Positions 8,769-17,500 of a stretch of 45,143 nucleotides of DNA are shown in pieces. A program made the position numbers and the translations under genes. The stretch is from Deltaproteobacteria bacterium (lineage in GTDB: Bacteria; Myxococcota; Myxococcia; Myxococcales; 40CM-4-68-19). How positions within the stretch are numbered: the stretch's first letter is position 1; every line of letters begins with the position of its first letter. Below the pieces are notes generated by a model. It had not been told where the DNA came from and did no database searches. It was given only the letters and a program-made list of their open reading frames with translations. The stretch is taken from the NCBI GenBank assembly GCA_041499865.1, contig JBGQLA010000001.1:1-45143 (forward strand), read 5' to 3'.

Positions 8769-9671
8769 ATGGTCGACGCACTACGCACGCCGGATTCGCG
8801 CTTCACCGGCCTGCCCGGCTACGGCTTCGAGCCGCACTACCTGGAAGACCTCGCGGAGCTCGACCGGCTTCGGCTGCATTATCTGGATGAAGGCCCGCGC
8901 GAGGCCGCGCAGACGTTCCTGTGCCTGCACGGGCAACCCACCTGGAGCTACCTGTACCGGAAGATGCTCCCGGTGTTCACGGCCGCGGGGCATCGCGTAG
9001 TCGCGCCGGACCTGTTCGGCTTCGGCCGCTCCGACAAGCCGATCGACGACCTGGTTTACACGTTCTCCTTCCACCGCCAGACGCTGGTGCGTTTCATCGA
9101 GCGGCTCGATCTCTCGAATCTCACGCTCGTCTGCCAGGACTGGGGCGGGCTGCTCGGCCTCTCGCTGCCGATGGACATGCCGGGGCGGTTCACCCGGCTT
9201 TTGGTGATGAACACCGCCCTCGCCACCGGCGACCTACCGCTCGGCAAGGGCTTTCTGGACTGGCGCGCGTGGAGCAATGCGCACCCCGACATGGACGTCG
9301 CCACGCTCCTCGGTCGTGCATGCCCCCAACTCACGCAGGAAGAACGCAATGCCTACGCGGCGCCTTACCCGGACGCCCGCTACAAGGGAGGCGTGCGGCG
9401 GTTTCCGAACCTCGTGCCCGACAATCCGGATGCGGAAGGCGCGGCGCCCTCACGGCGCGCGCGCGATTTCCTGCGCACGCAATGGAACGGCCAGACGTTC
9501 ATGGCGGTTGGTATGAAGGACCCGGTGCTCGGCCCTCCGGCGATGGCGGTTCTGCGCAAGATCGTCCGCAACTGCCCTCCGCCGTACGAGGTCGCGGAGG
9601 GCGGCCACTTCCTGCAGGAATGGGGCGAGGAAGTGGCCCGGCGGGCGCTGGCGCACTTCGCTTCTTCTTGA
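8769..9671 (+). CDS. haloalkane dehalogenase (DhlA-type, HLD-I-like)
   Basis: 300-aa ORF, colinear with my recollection of Xanthobacter DhlA: RTPDSRF, HYLDEG, FLCLHGQPTWSYLYRKM, DLFGFGRSDKP, VCQDWGG (nucleophile Asp-Trp), YAAPYPD, WNGQTFMAVGMKD (acid Asp), GGHFLQE (His). Confidence 0.9.
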   Translation: MVDALRTPDSRFTGLPGYGFEPHYLEDLAELDRLRLHYLDEGPREAAQTFLCLHGQPTWSYLYRKMLPVFTAAGHRVVAPDLFGFGRSDKPIDDLVYTFSFHRQTLVRFIERLDLSNLTLVCQDWGGLLGLSLPMDMPGRFTRLLVMNTALATGDLPLGKGFLDWRAWSNAHPDMDVATLLGRACPQLTQEERNAYAAPYPDARYKGGVRRFPNLVPDNPDAEGAAPSRRARDFLRTQWNGQTFMAVGMKDPVLGPPAMAVLRKIVRNCPPPYEVAEGGHFLQEWGEEVARRALAHFASS

Positions 9672-9697
9672 GGCGGGATTTTGCGATCAGTAGCGTC

Positions 9698-11185
9698 TTA
9701 GCTCTCCGGCAGGGCGGTGGCGTGAGCCTCAGCCGCGCCAGCTTCCGGCAGCCGCTTCATCAACGGGATCAGCGCCGCCGCGATGACGGTGCCGATCACC
9801 GCCACCAACCCGAGCTTCATGAACAGGTTCGTGTACAGCGGCAAGCTCTGAACGGGGCTGGTCACGCCCTCGGGCACGCTCGCGTATGTGGCGACGAAGC
9901 TGCCGAGGTATTGCGAGAGACCGGTGGAGAGGAAATAGACGCCCATGAGAAACCCGCGCAACGACGGAGCGACGTAGCGCGCCACCACCGCGAGTCCGAG
10001 GCCGCTGATCAGGAGCTCCCCCAGCGATTGAAACGCGTACCCCGCCACCATCCAGAAGAACGACACCTTGCCGCCGTCCGCGAAGCGCCCGCTGATTCCG
10101 TACAGGAAGAATCCGAGGCTGAGGATGGCGAAGCCCATCGCGAACTTCGTCGAGATGTGGAAGTCGTCGCCCTTCTTTCCCAGGCGGTTGTAGAGCCACG
10201 CCAGCGGCGGGCTGAGGATGAAGATCCAGATCGGGTTGAGCGCCTGCACCTGCCCGGCGGGCACCTGATAGCCGAAGAGGTCCAGGTCCACGTTGCGCAG
10301 CGAGAAGAGCGTCAGGGACGTGGACATCTGCTGGTAGAAGATGAAGAAGAGCATCGCCTCGCTGGTGAGGATGATCACCGCCCAGAGGCCCTTGCGCTCG
10401 CGCTCGCTGCCGCGCTTCATCATCAGGCCGAAGATCACCACCATGCCGACGAACGCCAGCGCCACGACCCCGCGCGCGACGTCGCGGTTCTGGATGATGA
10501 AGGTGACGCAGACGGTGGCGACGGCGATGCCGACCAGGACCAGCACGAGGCGGCCGACGCCGAGCGGCTCGAAGTCGGGCTTCGAACCGGCGTGCGCGAG
10601 GAAGCGGCGCATGAAGAAGTAGTTGAGCAGCCCGAGCAGGAGGCCGGCCGCGCACACCGCGAAGGCGACGTGCCAGCCGAAGGCGATGGCGATGAGCGGC
10701 GTGGCGATCTGGGAGGCGGTCGCGCCGACGTTGACCGCCATGTAATACATCGTAAACGCGCTGTCGATCTGCGCCGGGTCGCCCTCGTAGAGCCGCGAGA
10801 TCAGGTTCGCCGGATTGGCCTTGAACATGCCGCCGCCCACCGCCACCAGCCCGAGCGCAGGAAAGAGCAACGCCGGCCGATCGGGCACTGCGAGCAGCAA
10901 GTATCCACAGACGAGCACCAGCGCGCCCAGCACCATCGTGCGCTTGCTGCCGAGCACCTTGTCCCCGATGTATCCCCCCGCCGCAGGCACCGCATAAGCG
11001 AGCGCGGTAAACGCGCCGAAGGTCAGGTTTGCGCGGTCGTCGCCGTACGAGAGCTGCTGGACCATGAACAGCACGACCACCGCGGTCATGCCGTAGTAGC
11101 CGAACCGCTCCCACATCTCGATGAGGAAGAGGGTGACGAAACCGAGGGTCTTCGATCGGTCGGCTGTTCTCGGGTCCGGGCTCAT
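9698..11185 (-). CDS. POT/PTR2 family proton-dependent di/tripeptide transporter
   Basis: N-terminus MSPDPRTADRSKTLGFVTLFLIEMWERFGYYGM (ExxERFxYYG signature) with about 14 TM segments. ATG 11185 is preferred; the ORF track extends to 11344 through a non-protein-like R/A-rich leader. Confidence 0.9.
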   Translation of the reverse strand: MSPDPRTADRSKTLGFVTLFLIEMWERFGYYGMTAVVVLFMVQQLSYGDDRANLTFGAFTALAYAVPAAGGYIGDKVLGSKRTMVLGALVLVCGYLLLAVPDRPALLFPALGLVAVGGGMFKANPANLISRLYEGDPAQIDSAFTMYYMAVNVGATASQIATPLIAIAFGWHVAFAVCAAGLLLGLLNYFFMRRFLAHAGSKPDFEPLGVGRLVLVLVGIAVATVCVTFIIQNRDVARGVVALAFVGMVVIFGLMMKRGSERERKGLWAVIILTSEAMLFFIFYQQMSTSLTLFSLRNVDLDLFGYQVPAGQVQALNPIWIFILSPPLAWLYNRLGKKGDDFHISTKFAMGFAILSLGFFLYGISGRFADGGKVSFFWMVAGYAFQSLGELLISGLGLAVVARYVAPSLRGFLMGVYFLSTGLSQYLGSFVATYASVPEGVTSPVQSLPLYTNLFMKLGLVAVIGTVIAAALIPLMKRLPEAGAAEAHATALPES

Positions 11186-11301
11186 CGTCTCTCTACGGTA
11201 ACAGACTGCGGCCTGGCGGGCAGATCGGCCGCGAGCGTGTGTCGTCGAGACGACCGCGGTCGCGGAATTGCCTGTTGACGCAGCAAGCCTAAGCTCGTGC
11301 C

Positions 11302-12792
11302 ATGTGGCCGCGGCTTCTGCTGCTCCTCGCGATCTCGCTCGCACCCGCGCCGCGCGCGGCTGCGGCCGATGATCCGACCCGCCGGCAGTTCGATCCGGAT
11401 CCGGCGAGGCTGGCTCTCTCGCTCGACGGCGGTTTCACCACCGAGACCGCCGCCGCCGCGCCCCGGGGCGCATTCCGATTCGGCTCGGTCTTCGACGTCG
11501 CGGGCGGCCTGCTCGTGCTCGAGCAGGGCAGTCAACGTTCGGACCTGCTCGTATCCCGCGGCCTGCTCCATCTTCTCGGCGGCTGGTCGCTGGGCCGGGT
11601 GGAGTTTGCGGCCCACCTCCCCATCGCCCTCTGGCAGAACAGCGACTTCTCGCTCCTGACCTCGCAGGGCGTTACGGGACCGCTGGTCGATCCGATCGCA
11701 TCGACGACGCCCGGCGACCTGCGCCTCGGCGCCAAGGTTCCCATCCTCGACGCGGTCAGCTGGCCGGTCGGTCTCGCCGCGCTCGTCGACTTGCGCCTGC
11801 CCACCGGAAATGCCCAGGCGTTCATGAGCGACGGGCTCGCTCTGGTCCCCTCGCTGGTAGTGACGAGAACGTTCGGGCGCGTCCGCGTCGACGGCCAGAT
11901 TGGCTACCAGGTCCGGAGACAAGGCCAGTACGCGCAGCTGGTGGTTCACGACGGCCTCGTCTATGCGCTGGGCGGTTCGCTCGACCTCCCCAAGGTCGCG
12001 GCATTCAAGCGCTGGAAGGCCATCGCCGAGATCAACGGCGGCTGGCCGCGTGGCGAAGACCTCTCGACCGACCGGTATCGCGCGCCGCTGTCGGCGCGTG
12101 CGGGAGTGCGGGCGTTCCTTTCTTCGCGGCTCTCGGTGGAGGCGGGCGCCGGCACGGGCATCGGGCCGGCCGGCTACGGCCATGAGCGCTGGCGCGCCTT
12201 TTTCGGCGTCCGGTGGGGCAGCGCTCCGGCAGCCGCGCAGGTCGGACCGCTCATGGATCGCGACGGCGACGGCGTGCCGGACAACGAGGACCTCTGCCCG
12301 GACGAGCCGGGACCAGCCGAGCTGGACGGCTGCCCCGACACTGACGGCGACGGCATTCCCGACCGCGAGGACAAGTGCCCGAAACAACCGGGCCCGCCCG
12401 AGAACGACGGCTGCCCGCTGACGGGGGATGCCATCGAGGTTGGCTCGAGGCGCATCCTGCTCAAGGACTCGATCAACTTCGACACCGGCAAGGACACGAT
12501 CCAGAGCCGGTCCTTCCCGCTCCTGGACCAGGTGGCGAAGCTGCTCGAAGAGCATCCCGAGATGAAGCGCGTGCGCGTCGAGGGACATACCGACAACGTA
12601 GGGAATGCGGCCTACAACAAGGAACTCTCGGCGCGCCGGGCCGCCTCGGTCGTCCGCTACCTGGTCGGAAAGGGGGTGGCGCAGTCGCGACTGGTCCCAG
12701 CGGGGTACGGCTTCGAGCAACCCATCGCCTCCAACGCCACTGCGCTCGGCCGCGCCAAGAACCGACGCGTCGTATTCACCGTCCTCGAATAG
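11302..12792 (+). CDS. OmpA-family outer-membrane protein with thrombospondin type-3 repeats
   Basis: Signal peptide MWPRLLLLLAISLAPAPRAAAA. TSP3 repeats DRDGDGVPDNEDLCPDEPG...DTDGDGIPDREDKCP. OmpA_C domain FDTGKDTI...VEGHTDNVGNAAYNKELSARRAASV...NRRVVF. Confidence 0.9.
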   Translation: MWPRLLLLLAISLAPAPRAAAADDPTRRQFDPDPARLALSLDGGFTTETAAAAPRGAFRFGSVFDVAGGLLVLEQGSQRSDLLVSRGLLHLLGGWSLGRVEFAAHLPIALWQNSDFSLLTSQGVTGPLVDPIASTTPGDLRLGAKVPILDAVSWPVGLAALVDLRLPTGNAQAFMSDGLALVPSLVVTRTFGRVRVDGQIGYQVRRQGQYAQLVVHDGLVYALGGSLDLPKVAAFKRWKAIAEINGGWPRGEDLSTDRYRAPLSARAGVRAFLSSRLSVEAGAGTGIGPAGYGHERWRAFFGVRWGSAPAAAQVGPLMDRDGDGVPDNEDLCPDEPGPAELDGCPDTDGDGIPDREDKCPKQPGPPENDGCPLTGDAIEVGSRRILLKDSINFDTGKDTIQSRSFPLLDQVAKLLEEHPEMKRVRVEGHTDNVGNAAYNKELSARRAASVVRYLVGKGVAQSRLVPAGYGFEQPIASNATALGRAKNRRVVFTVLE

Positions 12793-12896
12793 GCAGCGGT
12801 CCTCCTCCTCAGGGGTTGCCAGAATCTCGCGATGGGCCCGGGACGGAGGTAAGACAGCAGCATGGCGCCCGTAGCCGCCAGTGGACCGATCGACTC

Positions 12897-14159
12897 ATGA
12901 TCCGGCGCCCCGAGCTTGCGCTCTCCCTGGTGCTGGCGGCCGCCTTGCCGGCCTGCTCCTGCGACACGGCGCCCGCGAATGCGCTGACGAGCTGCCAGGC
13001 GACGGAGGTCCTCCCCGCCTCGGTATCCACCGACATCCTCTTCGTCATCGACGACTCCGGCTCGATGAGCGAGGAACAGGCGAACCTCGCCGCCAACCTG
13101 GATGCCTTCATCGACACGCTGGTGGCGTCGCCGGTGAAGAACGACTTTCGCATCGGCGTCACCAACTCCTCGGTGGAGGAGTTCGCCGTGACCGCGACCA
13201 CAGGCAAGAGTTACCCGGCTGGCCCGTCTGCCGGCGTTCCCTATCCGGCTGGCGCGCTGGTAGCGATCAAGACGGACGGCAACGGCAACCCCATCCCCGG
13301 CGCGCTGGTCTACGACGCGTCCCTGTTCGCCCAGACCAGCGGCTGGGGCGGCAACCGCATCCTCGACAAGGGGTCGCTCACGCTGGCCGCCGACTTCAAG
13401 GTCAACGTGCGCATGGGGCTCAACGGAAGCGGGAAGGAGCAGCCGTTCCGCGCCGCCCGGCTGGCGCTCTCCGATCGCCTGCTCGACGCCAACGCCGGCT
13501 TTCTCCGCGACGGCGCCCGGCTGGCGATCGTCTTCCTCACCGACGAGGACGACTGCTCCGACTCGTCGGATCCGCGCGCCACCTCGAACAACCAGTGTCA
13601 CGACAAGGCGACCAAGAGCGCCAATCCGCCCATCCTCGACACGGTGGACGATTTCGCGAGCTTTCTCCTCGGCCCGGTGGGCGGCGAGCTGCGCGATGTC
13701 GCGGTCGGCGCGATCGGCGGCTTCGATCCCCTCACGCTGGCTCCCTCGTGCGGTGATGCCGCGATCTGCCAGGACACCGCGTGCGCCACCGCTTTCGACG
13801 AAGCCGATCGCTTTGCCGCACTCGCGACTGCGCTCGGGGGAACACGGATGCAGCTCGGCTCGATCTGCGACGCGAGCTTCCGCGACACCCTTGTCCGGTT
13901 CGCCGCGTCGCTGACACCTTCCACCATGCCTCTCGCCGGCGTGCCGGCCGACTGGCGGATGCTGGTGGTCACCGTCACCAAAGCGGGCGGCGGCGCAGTG
14001 CCGTGCAAGGTCGGGCTGGAGGGGGCGCCCGGGCAATCCACCGTCGATGCAGTCTATTCAGGCCCCAAGCTGGGCCGTCAGGCGCAGATCACGTTTCAGA
14101 ACGCGTGCAAGCTGGACCTGGGCGACAAGATCGACGTCCGCGTCGTCTGCGCCGGGTGA
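12897..14159 (+). CDS. VWA-domain lipoprotein
   Basis: ATG 12897 gives MIRRPELALSLVLAAALPAC (lipobox-like LPAC). MIDAS-type start ILFVIDDSGSMSEEQ, later IVFLTDEDDCSD. The ORF track start at 12375 lies inside the OmpA gene and is not credible. Confidence 0.8.
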   Translation: MIRRPELALSLVLAAALPACSCDTAPANALTSCQATEVLPASVSTDILFVIDDSGSMSEEQANLAANLDAFIDTLVASPVKNDFRIGVTNSSVEEFAVTATTGKSYPAGPSAGVPYPAGALVAIKTDGNGNPIPGALVYDASLFAQTSGWGGNRILDKGSLTLAADFKVNVRMGLNGSGKEQPFRAARLALSDRLLDANAGFLRDGARLAIVFLTDEDDCSDSSDPRATSNNQCHDKATKSANPPILDTVDDFASFLLGPVGGELRDVAVGAIGGFDPLTLAPSCGDAAICQDTACATAFDEADRFAALATALGGTRMQLGSICDASFRDTLVRFAASLTPSTMPLAGVPADWRMLVVTVTKAGGGAVPCKVGLEGAPGQSTVDAVYSGPKLGRQAQITFQNACKLDLGDKIDVRVVCAG

Positions 14160-14266
14160 GTGCAGGGGTTGGCTGGCTGCTTCTGCTGCGCCGCACGGAA
14201 CCGTCCTCTCGCGCTAGACCCGCCGGCGTGACAAAATCGCGGGCTTCCCAACAAAAGGAGAAAGTC

Positions 14267-15889
14267 ATGCGGTCCTTCCGTGGCAGGCACGTCCTGGCGG
14301 CCGCTCTCGCACTCGTGCCCGGTTGGGCGCTCGCACAGCACGATCATGCACACGAGGCGCCGGAGAAGTTCGGGCAGGTCCATTTCTCCACCTCGTGCAA
14401 TCCCCAGGTCCAGGCGACGTTCGAGGGCGCGCTGGCGATGTTGCATTCGTTCGCCTACGCCAAGGCGGCGAAGGCGTTCCAGGAGGTTTCAGCAAAGGAT
14501 CCTGGTTGCGGCCTCGCGCAATGGGGCCTCGCCATGACGTACCTGCACATCATCTGGGCGCCGCCCGCGGAAGAGGAATTCACCGCCGGGCGAACGGCGG
14601 CGCAGAAAGCGGCGGAGTTGGGAGCGCCGACCCCCCGTGAGCGCGACTACATCGCCGCAATCGGCGCGTACTACCAAGGCGACGGGGTGGCGCACCCGGT
14701 GCGCGTCGTCGCTTACGAAAAGGCCATGGCCGGCGTGGCGGAGCGCAACGCCACAGACGACGAGGCCGCAATCTTCCACGCCCTCGCAGTTCTCGGCGTG
14801 GCCTACAATTCGCCGCCCGACAAGACCTACGCGCGACAGAAGGAGGCGGCGAAGATCCTGAATCGCCTGCTGGCCGTCGAGCCCGACCATCCCGGGATCG
14901 CCCATTACATGATCCACTCCTTCGACTACCCGGAGCTGGCCCAGCTGGCGTTGCCCGCGGCGCGCGCCTACGCGAAGATTGCTCCTGCGGCGCCGCACGC
15001 GCTGCACATGCCCTCCCACATCTTCACCCGGCTGGGAATGTGGACGGAGTCGATCGAATCGAATCTCGCCTCGGCGCGCACGGCCCAGGCGGGACTCGCC
15101 AAGACCCACCCCGGAGCGACGGCATTCGACGCGCTGCACGCGATGGACTACCTGGAGTACGCGTATCTGCAGAGTGGACAGGATGCCAAGGCGCAAGCCG
15201 TGGCCGACGACGCCGCCAAGGTCACCAGCCTGGACATTCCGCAGTTCGCCGCGGCGTATGCGCTGGCCGCCATCCCGGCCCGCCACGCACTCGAGCTCCG
15301 CGCCTGGAAAGACGCGGCGGCGGTGAAGCTTGCGGCGACGATTCCCTGGGCGAAGTATCCCTACGCCGAGGCGATCGTTCATTTCGCCCGGTCCGTCGGC
15401 AGCGCTCGCGCCGGCGATTTGGAAACGGCGCGCCAGGAGCTGGCGACGCTGGCCGGGATCCAGGCCTCGCTGAAAGGCCAGAAGGGGTTCGACTGGGCGA
15501 CACAGGTCGAAGTCCAGCGCCGCGCAGCGGCGGGATGGCTGGCGCGCGCCGAGAAGAAGGACGCCGAAGCGGTGGCGCTGATGCGCTCGGCGGCAGACCT
15601 CGAGGACGCGACGGACAAGCATCCGGTCACGCCCGGATCGATCCTTCCGGCACGCGAGCAGCTGGCTGATCTGCTCGCCGAGCTGGGGCAGCCGGCGGCG
15701 GCGCTCGCCGAATACCAGGCCTCGCTGCACTCGACTCCGGCACGTCTCAACAGCTACGGCGGCGCCGCGCAGGCGGCGGAGCGCGCCGGGAAGAAGCAGG
15801 AGGCGAAGGCCTTCCGCGCGCAGCTGGTCGCGCTGTGCGGCGGCTCGGTGCCCACCCGCGCCGGGGCAGCAATGGCTGTTGCGGAGTAA
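14267..15889 (+). CDS. secreted helical-repeat (TPR-like) protein of unknown function
   Basis: AAGGAG 7 nt upstream of ATG 14267. Signal peptide MRSFRGRHVLAAALALVPGWALA. Conserved blocks HFSTSC, LHSFAY, DPGCGLAQWGLAM, HYMIHSFDYPELA, APHALHMPSHIFTRLGMW. I recall this as a widespread uncharacterised family. Confidence 0.7.
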   Translation: MRSFRGRHVLAAALALVPGWALAQHDHAHEAPEKFGQVHFSTSCNPQVQATFEGALAMLHSFAYAKAAKAFQEVSAKDPGCGLAQWGLAMTYLHIIWAPPAEEEFTAGRTAAQKAAELGAPTPRERDYIAAIGAYYQGDGVAHPVRVVAYEKAMAGVAERNATDDEAAIFHALAVLGVAYNSPPDKTYARQKEAAKILNRLLAVEPDHPGIAHYMIHSFDYPELAQLALPAARAYAKIAPAAPHALHMPSHIFTRLGMWTESIESNLASARTAQAGLAKTHPGATAFDALHAMDYLEYAYLQSGQDAKAQAVADDAAKVTSLDIPQFAAAYALAAIPARHALELRAWKDAAAVKLAATIPWAKYPYAEAIVHFARSVGSARAGDLETARQELATLAGIQASLKGQKGFDWATQVEVQRRAAAGWLARAEKKDAEAVALMRSAADLEDATDKHPVTPGSILPAREQLADLLAELGQPAAALAEYQASLHSTPARLNSYGGAAQAAERAGKKQEAKAFRAQLVALCGGSVPTRAGAAMAVAE

Positions 15890-15907
15890 GACGAGATCCA
15901 GTGGTTC

Positions 15908-16900
15908 TCAATCGGGGAGCACGTTCCGGCTCATGCTCATGAGCCGCTGGTTGATGAGGCCGTCGGCCTGCCGCATGATCCGGTCGATCAGCTCCTTGAC
16001 AGTCGGGATGTCGTGGATGAGCCCCACGACCATCCCGCAGCTCCACGCGCCGGCATCCACATCGCCTTCGAGCATCACCTTCGGATAGATGCCGGCGACC
16101 TGGCCGTGGATGTCCGAGATGGTCAGTGAGTCGCCCTTCTCGCGTTCGATCTCGAGCAAGCGCTGCACTCCGCCGTTGTTCAGCACGCGCTCGGTGTTGC
16201 GCAGCTTCCGCATGATCAGCCGCGTATCCAGCTCGGATGCGGCGACGAGGGCCTTCTTCACGTTGTCGTGAACCGGCGCCTCCTTGGTCGCGATGAAGCG
16301 CGTTCCCATGTTCATGCCGTCCGCGCCCAGCGCCAGCGCGGCCACGAGGCTGCGCCCATCGGCCATTCCGCCCGACGCCACGAAGGGAATCTTCAATTCC
16401 TCTGCTGCCCTCGGCAGCAGGATGAAATTGGGCACGTCGTCCTCGCCCGGGTGCCCGCCGCATTCGAAGCCGTCCACGCTGACGGCATCGCAGCCGATGG
16501 CCTGGGCCTTGAGCGAATGCCGGACCGACGTGCACTTGTGGATGACCTTGATCCCGGCCGCCTTCAGCGCCGGCAAGTACGCTTCGGGATTGCGGCCCGC
16601 GGTCTCGACGATCTTGACCCCGCCCTCGATGGTCGCACGGATGTACTCGGGATACGGCGGCGCCGTGAACGCCGGGAGGAAGGTCAGGTTCACGCCGAAC
16701 GGCTGGTCGGTCATGTCGCGGCAGCGGGCGATCTCCCTCGCGAGCAGCTCCGGCGTTTTCTGCGTGAGCCCGGTGATGATCCCGAGGCCCCCGGCATTGG
16801 AGACAGCGGACGCCAGCTCGGCGAAGCCGACGAAGTGCATGCCGCCCTGGATGATCGGATGCTCGATGCCCAGCAGCTCGGTGATGCGGGTCTTCATCAT
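15908..16900 (-). CDS. nitronate monooxygenase (NMO / 2-nitropropane dioxygenase family)
   Basis: 330 aa: TELLGIEHPIIQGGMHFVGFAELASAVSNAGGLGIITG and FVASGGMADGRSLVAALALGADGMNMGTRF are typical of the FMN-dependent NMO/FabK-like family. Confidence 0.9.
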   Translation of the reverse strand: MMKTRITELLGIEHPIIQGGMHFVGFAELASAVSNAGGLGIITGLTQKTPELLAREIARCRDMTDQPFGVNLTFLPAFTAPPYPEYIRATIEGGVKIVETAGRNPEAYLPALKAAGIKVIHKCTSVRHSLKAQAIGCDAVSVDGFECGGHPGEDDVPNFILLPRAAEELKIPFVASGGMADGRSLVAALALGADGMNMGTRFIATKEAPVHDNVKKALVAASELDTRLIMRKLRNTERVLNNGGVQRLLEIEREKGDSLTISDIHGQVAGIYPKVMLEGDVDAGAWSCGMVVGLIHDIPTVKELIDRIMRQADGLINQRLMSMSRNVLPD

Positions 16901-16930
16901 CTCCCTTTCGATGTTGCGAACGACGCCCTG

Positions 16931-17419
16931 CTACCGCTCCAGGGGGCGCAGTTCGTCGCCGATGCGGATCTCCCCGTCCTCGAGCACGTCCGCCCGCAGC
17001 CCGCCGCGGTGCAAGAGCGGATCGAGCAGCGGCTTGGCAATGACACCTTCCAGATACGTGCAGGGCTCGCACAGTCGCTTTCCCTCGCAGAGCACGCTGC
17101 CGATGCGGAAGCGACGTCCCACCAGCGGGTTCAACGCGATTCCGCGGGTGGTCAGATTGCGGCGGGCCTCGCCGGGCTGCAGCGGAATTCCGAGGCTGTC
17201 GCGCAGGAAGTCGAGCACCTCGGCTTCGATGAGAGTGAGGGCACGGCCAGTGCCAGGCGTGCTGGAGAAGTGGCCCCGCCCGGTTGCGTACCGGTCGCCT
17301 TCCAGGCCGATTCCTGCAAGCACCCGGATCCGATCGGCCGCCCGCATCGGCTCGCGTTCGCTGGTCGCGACGTGGATGCACTCGACGCGGCCCGCCTCTG
17401 CGCCCTTCGCCATGGCCAC
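16931..17419 (-). CDS. MOSC domain-containing protein
   Basis: 162 aa: GIGLEGDRY...LTLIEAEVL...RRNLTTRGIALNPLVGRRFRIGSVLCEGKRLCEPCTYLE matches the MOSC beta-barrel with its conserved Cys. Confidence 0.8.
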   Translation of the reverse strand: MAMAKGAEAGRVECIHVATSEREPMRAADRIRVLAGIGLEGDRYATGRGHFSSTPGTGRALTLIEAEVLDFLRDSLGIPLQPGEARRNLTTRGIALNPLVGRRFRIGSVLCEGKRLCEPCTYLEGVIAKPLLDPLLHRGGLRADVLEDGEIRIGDELRPLER

Positions 17420-17500
17420 GTCATACCAGCTTGCCCGGAAGATGGCGCCGCCCGCCGCGATGCTTTCCGCGGGCGGCGCGAACTCCGCTACAGCACCCGC

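Noticed and set aside
11266-11301. Possible promoter TTGCCT-N16-TAAGCT just upstream of the OmpA ATG (would imply a near-leaderless mRNA)
   Set aside because: Weak matches found by eye only. High-GC organisms often use divergent promoter consensus. No supporting evidence.
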